Positions 14,041-19,477 of a stretch of DNA of 19,477 bases are shown here, piece after piece. The notes under the pieces were generated by a model. The model did no database searches and was not told the DNA's origin. It saw only the letters and a program-made list of their open reading frames with translations. Origin of the DNA: Armatimonadia bacterium (GTDB taxonomy: Bacteria > Armatimonadota > Zipacnadia > Zipacnadales > UBA11051); contig JBDKRC010000330.1 in the NCBI GenBank assembly GCA_039683575.1, positions 1-19,477 of the forward strand. Direction: 5' to 3'. A program made the position numbers and the translations under genes. Each line of letters begins with the position of its first letter. Within the stretch, counting starts at the first letter, position 1.

Positions 14041-16746
14041 ATGCACAGGCTCCACCTCTGCGCACTGCTGATTGCGGTCTGCTCTCTCGGGCTGGCTGAC
14101 GAGACCGAGTGGCTACGCCAACTCGGCTCTCCCGACCCGCAGGCAGGGCAAGCCGCCGTAACTCACTTCGCCGCTCAAGGCGCCAAAGCCGTCCCCCTCC
14201 TCCGTCAGGTCCTTCAGTCCGACGACCTCCTCGCCCGCCAGTACGCCGCCGTTGCCCTCGCCCGCATCGGCAAGCCCGGCGCGGATCGCGTACTCATGCG
14301 CCTCCTCCTGACCTGGGATGACCCTCTCCTCCAGCAATTCTGCGGCGAAGCATTGGCCGCGCGGGGCAAAGCAATCGTCCCCCTGCTGCGGCGCGAGCTC
14401 GCACTGGATCGCCCTGCCGAATCCATCCCGGAGAGTTTTGCGAAGCCTCAGACCGAAGACGAGCAGGAAGAGGCAGATGCTCGTGAGAAAGCCAGGGAGG
14501 AAGCAGAAAACATACGAACACTGGTGTTCGGTGCCATCTGGAACCTTCCGCCGTCTCTCGCCCTGCCGCTCTGCGCCGAGTACGTCTCACGCCCCGAAGG
14601 CAACCGCCAGGACCCCGCCAAGGTGTACTTCGTGGACCAGGGCGTGCCCGGCCTGCGCCTATGGGCAAAGAGCTACCTCAGTCAGACGGGCATTCCCGAC
14701 ATCGAGACCGTCAACAGGGCATGGCAGAGCTACGAAGAGCAGTATGACTGGGAGGAATTCACGCGCCGCTGGACCATCGACTCCCGCGTGACCCCGTCTG
14801 GCTACGAGATCTCCCTCGATAACGACGCTGCCCGAAATGCAGTGCGCCAGGTCGCCAATGAAGCCTTCCGCGCTCCCTCCGCCACGCAACGCCTGTGGGC
14901 CGTCCAGCATCTTGCAATGGCGGACACGGAGCGCGAAGGAGACAGTATCCCGGTCGATTTCTACCTCCGCGCCCTCACTGACCCCTGCTGGGCCGTGCCG
15001 CTTGTGGTGCTGGAGCGCGGGGACGAACTGACCGAGTGCCAGCCGCTCCTCCCGGCCCTGCGCGCGCTTACTACGCACCCCTGCGACCCGCTGAGGCTCG
15101 CAGCCGTTGAAACGCTCGCTCCCTCGGCCGACCCGGCGGCGCTCGAGGCCCTTAGTGCCATGTTAACCAGGGGTACGAAGAAGGATCAGGAGAAAGCCGC
15201 GTCGGTAATTGAATACAACAGCAGCGACTGGACCGACGAGCAGAAGCTGAGCTTCGTCAAGCTCCTGCTGGACGCGCACGATACGCACGAGTACAGCAAG
15301 ACGCATAATGCTCTGGTACTCATGCCGCCCGCCGCATGGGCCGAAGTGGCCGAGCGATCGAAGACCATCGACCCCATTGCCCGCGCTGACTACCTTTCCA
15401 TCATTGGAGAACTCCGCGCCAAGGAAGCCGCTCCCACCATCCTCCGCGCCCTCGATGACCCTGACGCGCAGGTGCGGGAATCGGCGCTCCAGGCCCTCGC
15501 GCTGGTCTCACCCGAAGACGCCCGTCCGCACCTCGAACGCCTCTTCAACAGTGGCGAACCCAAGGCCGAGCAATCTGCCTACCTGATAGCCCGCCGCGCC
15601 GACGATCCGGCGCTGCTGGCCCGCTTCATCCTGACCAAGCCCCAGCTTGCCGTCCCACCTCTCAATGACCGCGACTCTGACGATAGTTTTGGGATTCCCG
15701 CTGTGAAGGACGAGTGGGTTGGCCCCGGCGAACGCTCCAGAACGACTGTTCCTGAGTTGCTCGACACTGCGAAACTTCTCTTCGCAGATGAGCACCAGCC
15801 CGAGCGAGTCCGGGTGATGGCGGCAGAGACAATCCTCAAGGCCAGCGTCCCACAGCACTACATGATTGAGGGCACGGCCTCCGCGGCCTCTCTGTCGCTC
15901 TCCCCAGACCTGTGGCCCGTCCTGGAGTTCGCTCTCAAGCACTTTCCACGCGGCCTCGGCTGGGACCCTAACGAGGCTGACCCAATCGAAGACGCCGCCT
16001 GGTTGGTGCGTGATCCCGCCGCCGTGCCCACGCTGGTCGCCATCCTGAGTAGCCTCGATGTCACCGCAAGCGGCCCCGGCACAGGCGCCGAGCTGACCAG
16101 CGCGATCGTCTTTTCGCTGCTGCAGACAAAGCCGGAGGGGGAGGAAGCCTACTGGAAGGTGCTGGCGGAGAGTGAGACAGATGCTCAGGTTGGTCTGCTA
16201 CGGGCTTTGCAGTGGGGTGGGGAGCGCCCTTCTCTCAATCAGCACAAACTTGACCAGGCGTATCTCCGCCTGCTGCGCAACCTGCCAGCAGGCTCACAAC
16301 ACCTTCTCGAGGTTACAGGGTGGGTGAAGCCGGGGACGCAGGCCGCACTCGAGGCCCAGCAGGCCGTTAAGGAGGCGTATGCCAAGGCCTCCCCCGATGA
16401 GCGCACCCGCGGGGGCTATCTGGCGGTTCTGCCGCGCTTGGGAGATCCGGATGCCGAAACCTTGTACCTCGGAGCGATCAACCGCCGCGATGCCGCTCCT
16501 GAGCGCCGTCGCGCCATAGGGATGCTGAGAGTGCTGAAGACACCGAACGTCCTTCAGACTGCCCTCAGCATCGCCAACAGCGACTTCGAACTCTACTGGA
16601 TGCGCTACTCCGCCTTGCGCGCCGTAGAGAAGCACAATCCCGCTCTCGCCCGCCAGATCGCCCGCCGCTGGACCCGAGACTGGCGCTATCAGATGCGAGA
16701 CTGCGGCCGAACGTTGCTGGCAGGGGAAGAAAAGGGCTATCTATAA
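14041..16746 (+). CDS. HEAT-repeat (PBS-lyase-like) protein with signal peptide
   Basis: N-terminal MHRLHLCALLIAVCSLGLA; HEAT-like units AVPLLRQVLQSDDLLARQYAAVALARIG and AAPTILRALDDPDAQVRESALQALALV. Confidence 0.8.
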   Translation: MHRLHLCALLIAVCSLGLADETEWLRQLGSPDPQAGQAAVTHFAAQGAKAVPLLRQVLQSDDLLARQYAAVALARIGKPGADRVLMRLLLTWDDPLLQQFCGEALAARGKAIVPLLRRELALDRPAESIPESFAKPQTEDEQEEADAREKAREEAENIRTLVFGAIWNLPPSLALPLCAEYVSRPEGNRQDPAKVYFVDQGVPGLRLWAKSYLSQTGIPDIETVNRAWQSYEEQYDWEEFTRRWTIDSRVTPSGYEISLDNDAARNAVRQVANEAFRAPSATQRLWAVQHLAMADTEREGDSIPVDFYLRALTDPCWAVPLVVLERGDELTECQPLLPALRALTTHPCDPLRLAAVETLAPSADPAALEALSAMLTRGTKKDQEKAASVIEYNSSDWTDEQKLSFVKLLLDAHDTHEYSKTHNALVLMPPAAWAEVAERSKTIDPIARADYLSIIGELRAKEAAPTILRALDDPDAQVRESALQALALVSPEDARPHLERLFNSGEPKAEQSAYLIARRADDPALLARFILTKPQLAVPPLNDRDSDDSFGIPAVKDEWVGPGERSRTTVPELLDTAKLLFADEHQPERVRVMAAETILKASVPQHYMIEGTASAASLSLSPDLWPVLEFALKHFPRGLGWDPNEADPIEDAAWLVRDPAAVPTLVAILSSLDVTASGPGTGAELTSAIVFSLLQTKPEGEEAYWKVLAESETDAQVGLLRALQWGGERPSLNQHKLDQAYLRLLRNLPAGSQHLLEVTGWVKPGTQAALEAQQAVKEAYAKASPDERTRGGYLAVLPRLGDPDAETLYLGAINRRDAAPERRRAIGMLRVLKTPNVLQTALSIANSDFELYWMRYSALRAVEKHNPALARQIARRWTRDWRYQMRDCGRTLLAGEEKGYL

Positions 16747-16774
16747 ACGCCGAATGGGGGAGAGGCGCTGCCCG

Positions 16775-17935
16775 TCACTCCCTCACATAGACCCTCTCAA
16801 CCGCGCCATCCACCGCCAGCCTCCGCACCGGCAGCGTCACCGCCATCCCCACCGCCGCCTCCGCCACCTCCGTCACATCCACGCAGCACTGGTCCATCGA
16901 GATCCTGCCGATAATCGGTGCTGCCTTCGCCTCCACCATCGCCTTCGCCGCATACTCGCTCTTCCCCCGCCGCGCCTCCCGCCGCGCCAGATACGCCTTC
17001 ACCGCCGACCTTCCCCTGCCCGCCACCGACTGCGGCACCATCCCCAGCCCTTGCGCAGTCCCCACCGGAACCGTCGCCACCTTCGTCTCCCTGCGGCACA
17101 CAAACTCCCCGCCGTACCCAACCTTCGCCCCTGCCGGGACGGTATGCACCGCCACAATCCGCGACTTCAGCGCGAACGTATCCTCCCGCAACTCCAGCGG
17201 CCGCTCCTTCACATGGTCCGGATACTGCCCATACAATAGCGTCCCCACCCGCACCATGCCTAGCTGCGCTTCCTCTCTCTTCTTCATCCCCAGACTCTCC
17301 ACAAACATCCCACTCGCCGCCGCATGCACCACCAACCGCCCCGCCTCCGCCTGTCCCGCGGCCTCCCGCGCCAGCCCCGAGAACACCTTCACCGCCCCGC
17401 CCTCGCGCAGTATGTCCATCTCCTCAAACATCTTCCCCGACCCGGGCGGCCCAAAGTGCGTATAGACTCCCGTCACTCCGACCGCGGGAAACGCCCGCGC
17501 TGCGTCCAGTACATCGGGCAGGCTATCATCTCCACCTATCCGGCTCAGTCCTCCATCAACATACACATGGCACTCCGCCCGCTGTCCGATCCTCTCCGCC
17601 GTTACCGCCAACTCCCTGAGCCCCGCCACGCTGACCACCGTAGCCGTCAGACCATGCCGCACCAGCGCCTGGACCTCGTCCTCCACCGCCGGCAGAAACA
17701 CCAACACGGGCTCCGCCAGCCCAGCCTCCCGCAAGGCCACGCCTTCGCCAACCGTGCTAACCCCCAGCCACTGCGCCCCTTCCTCCACAAACACCCGCGC
17801 AGCCTCCACCAGCCCATGCCCGTAGGCATTGGCCTTAACCACGGCCATCAACTGCGTCCCCTCCGCCAACCCTCCCAGCACCGCCCGCACATTATGCCGC
17901 AGCGCCTCCCGGTTCACCTCAACAAAAGTAACCAT
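16775..17935 (-). CDS. alr: Alanine racemase-family protein (PLP-dependent, fold type III)
   Basis: AVVKANAYGHG PLP-Lys, YTHF, VRVGTLLYG, VGYGG catalytic Tyr, GRISMDQ. Confidence 0.9.
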   Translation of the reverse strand: MVTFVEVNREALRHNVRAVLGGLAEGTQLMAVVKANAYGHGLVEAARVFVEEGAQWLGVSTVGEGVALREAGLAEPVLVFLPAVEDEVQALVRHGLTATVVSVAGLRELAVTAERIGQRAECHVYVDGGLSRIGGDDSLPDVLDAARAFPAVGVTGVYTHFGPPGSGKMFEEMDILREGGAVKVFSGLAREAAGQAEAGRLVVHAAASGMFVESLGMKKREEAQLGMVRVGTLLYGQYPDHVKERPLELREDTFALKSRIVAVHTVPAGAKVGYGGEFVCRRETKVATVPVGTAQGLGMVPQSVAGRGRSAVKAYLARREARRGKSEYAAKAMVEAKAAPIIGRISMDQCCVDVTEVAEAAVGMAVTLPVRRLAVDGAVERVYVRE

Positions 17936-17970
17936 AGACCTTCCCTGGCTGCATTGTTACCACCCAAAAC

Positions 17971-18076
17971 CATCCCACAAGCCGTATCCTCCCCATCCTC
18001 GCCTCTATCCTTCACATCCTTTGAATGCCGTTCCCGCCTTCATCCTGCCCATCCGGCCGTCATCCTGAACATCCTG
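17971..18076 (-). repeat. Intergenic GGAT(G/A) motif array
   Basis: Nine ATCC on the + strand (17972, 17986, 17995, 18007, 18016, 18042, 18051, 18062, 18071). Confidence 0.8.
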
Positions 18077-19477
18077 TCAAGCTCTCCTCCCAGCCAACAC
18101 CAACTCCGCCACCATAGCGAGAAACGCCATCACGAAAAGCGGCGTAGCAATCCCCACCGGCCCCAGACCCACCATCTCCCGCGCTGCCTCGGCCTTAACC
18201 ACCCGCACTGCAGCCGGCCTCAATAGCCGCTGCAACTCCGCCTCCTCAATCCTGCGCAGATCCGACTCCCTGGGGTCCACATTCGCCGCCAGGAGCGCGG
18301 TCTTCCTCACCGTCCCCTCCGTCCATGACAGCCTGTGCACCCCTGGCCGCATCGGCCTAAGCACCCAGTCCCCGCCCTTCACCTCAACTGGTACATTCCC
18401 GCCCTCCGCGTCCATACAAGCGACCTCCGCCGCACCCTCCGGCCCCCGCAACCTCACCGTCCCGCCCACCAGTGCCCGCTCAACCTCCCAAAACTCCCGC
18501 CGCGCCACATACTTGCATAGTCTATGCACCAGCGGCACAAACACGGGCTGCGTCACCAGGTCCGACCGCGCCGGATCGAGGGCCAGATTCACAACCACCC
18601 GCCGCTGTCCGTCAACCTCACCTCCGACAATCCCCGGCGTCCCATCCTCAAAACGAGCCAGAATCTCCCAATCCTCCGTGCCCTCCACAGTCAGAGGCCG
18701 CACGGCTCGAAAAGAGACCGCCTGCAGATCCCCCGCCGCCGGATTCCCAAACGCCCGCAGCGGCCCTTGAAACACCTCAAACCATCCGAGCCGCAGGGGA
18801 TAGGGGAGAGCAGCTGTCTTGCCCACCCGCACCCCCGGCGCCAACCTCGCCACGTCGTCCGCCGCCATCCCCTCTGCGAACACAACCATCCCCGGCTCTT
18901 CTGCAGGGCGGAGGCTCGTACCGCGCCGCTCCGGATTGGCTCCGGTGTTTGAGGGGTCACCGACCCGGACCCCGCCGCCTTCCCACACCCCCACCACCTC
19001 AGCCCACCCCCTCTCCGCCTCTGTCGCCTCCGGAACCACCCGCACCTTCATCGCCCCCCCGGCCTCCGGCGCCAGGGCCAGCCGCACATGCCGCGTCTGC
19101 GCCTCGGTCCCGACCAGTAAAACCCTCAATTCCTCCCGCACCCCCGCGACCGCATAGCTCTCGTCATCCTCCCTGAGCGCATCCCCCGGCAACTTGGCGG
19201 TCACCGCCAAAGGCCCCGCCTTCTCGGGCTCCCACTCGAACAGCGCCCTTCTCCCTCCAGCCGCCACCTCAGCCGCCGGCAAAGCCGCCGCACCCACCGT
19301 CAACCTGACCTTCACTGCCTCATCGTGTTTGCTGTCAGTGAGACCAACCTCAAGCTGCCCCGCCATCCCCGCCAGCATCGGTTCCTCCAATACCTCCACG
19401 CTTCCCACCCCCAGGTTCCGAGCCTCTCGGCCACAATCAACTATGGTCACATCTACTGGCGCGCTCGGCCCCCCACC
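18077..19477 (-). CDS. C-terminal part of a BatA/vWA-associated membrane protein (5' end outside window)
   Basis: Frame is open to the window edge; GDALREDDESY, LRVLLV, SDLVTQPVFVPLV, ANVDPRESDL and C-terminal TM ending ELVLAGRR are typical of such proteins. Confidence 0.75.
   Translation of the reverse strand, partial: GGGPSAPVDVTIVDCGREARNLGVGSVEVLEEPMLAGMAGQLEVGLTDSKHDEAVKVRLTVGAAALPAAEVAAGGRRALFEWEPEKAGPLAVTAKLPGDALREDDESYAVAGVREELRVLLVGTEAQTRHVRLALAPEAGGAMKVRVVPEATEAERGWAEVVGVWEGGGVRVGDPSNTGANPERRGTSLRPAEEPGMVVFAEGMAADDVARLAPGVRVGKTAALPYPLRLGWFEVFQGPLRAFGNPAAGDLQAVSFRAVRPLTVEGTEDWEILARFEDGTPGIVGGEVDGQRRVVVNLALDPARSDLVTQPVFVPLVHRLCKYVARREFWEVERALVGGTVRLRGPEGAAEVACMDAEGGNVPVEVKGGDWVLRPMRPGVHRLSWTEGTVRKTALLAANVDPRESDLRRIEEAELQRLLRPAAVRVVKAEAAREMVGLGPVGIATPLFVMAFLAMVAELVLAGRRA

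Noticed and set aside
16918-19176. Pro/His-rich plus-strand ORFs (233, 300, 234 aa)
   Set aside because: Products of the C-rich strand opposite alr and the membrane-protein gene; no motifs

Overview
GC-rich diderm bacterial window (lineage not determinable from sequence alone). Left: a minus-strand TolC / very long periplasmic adaptor / ABC ATPase / MacB-type permease operon with a consensus sigma70 promoter and an intrinsic terminator. Centre: a stress-type cluster with Fe/Mn superoxide dismutase, an orphan NarL-family response regulator, aldo/keto reductase, DUF1328, several small ORFs, a YtxH-like protein and a split NHEJ module (LigD ligase domain, Ku, LigD polymerase domain, plus a small membrane ORF). 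Right: a signal-peptide HEAT-repeat protein, a divergent alanine racemase and the 3' part of a BatA/vWA-associated membrane protein. The most notable unexplained signal is a 17-bp box (ATCAGG-N5-CCTGAT-like, in pairs 22 bp apart) that abuts the -35 element of three sigma70-like promoters: both divergent promoters beside the response regulator and the promoter of the small-ORF cluster preceding the NHEJ genes. This suggests a NarL-type activator regulon for stress/NHEJ genes (inference). Also seen: a dispersed REP-like hairpin family (one apparently in-frame inside a CDS) and a GGATG array upstream of alr.
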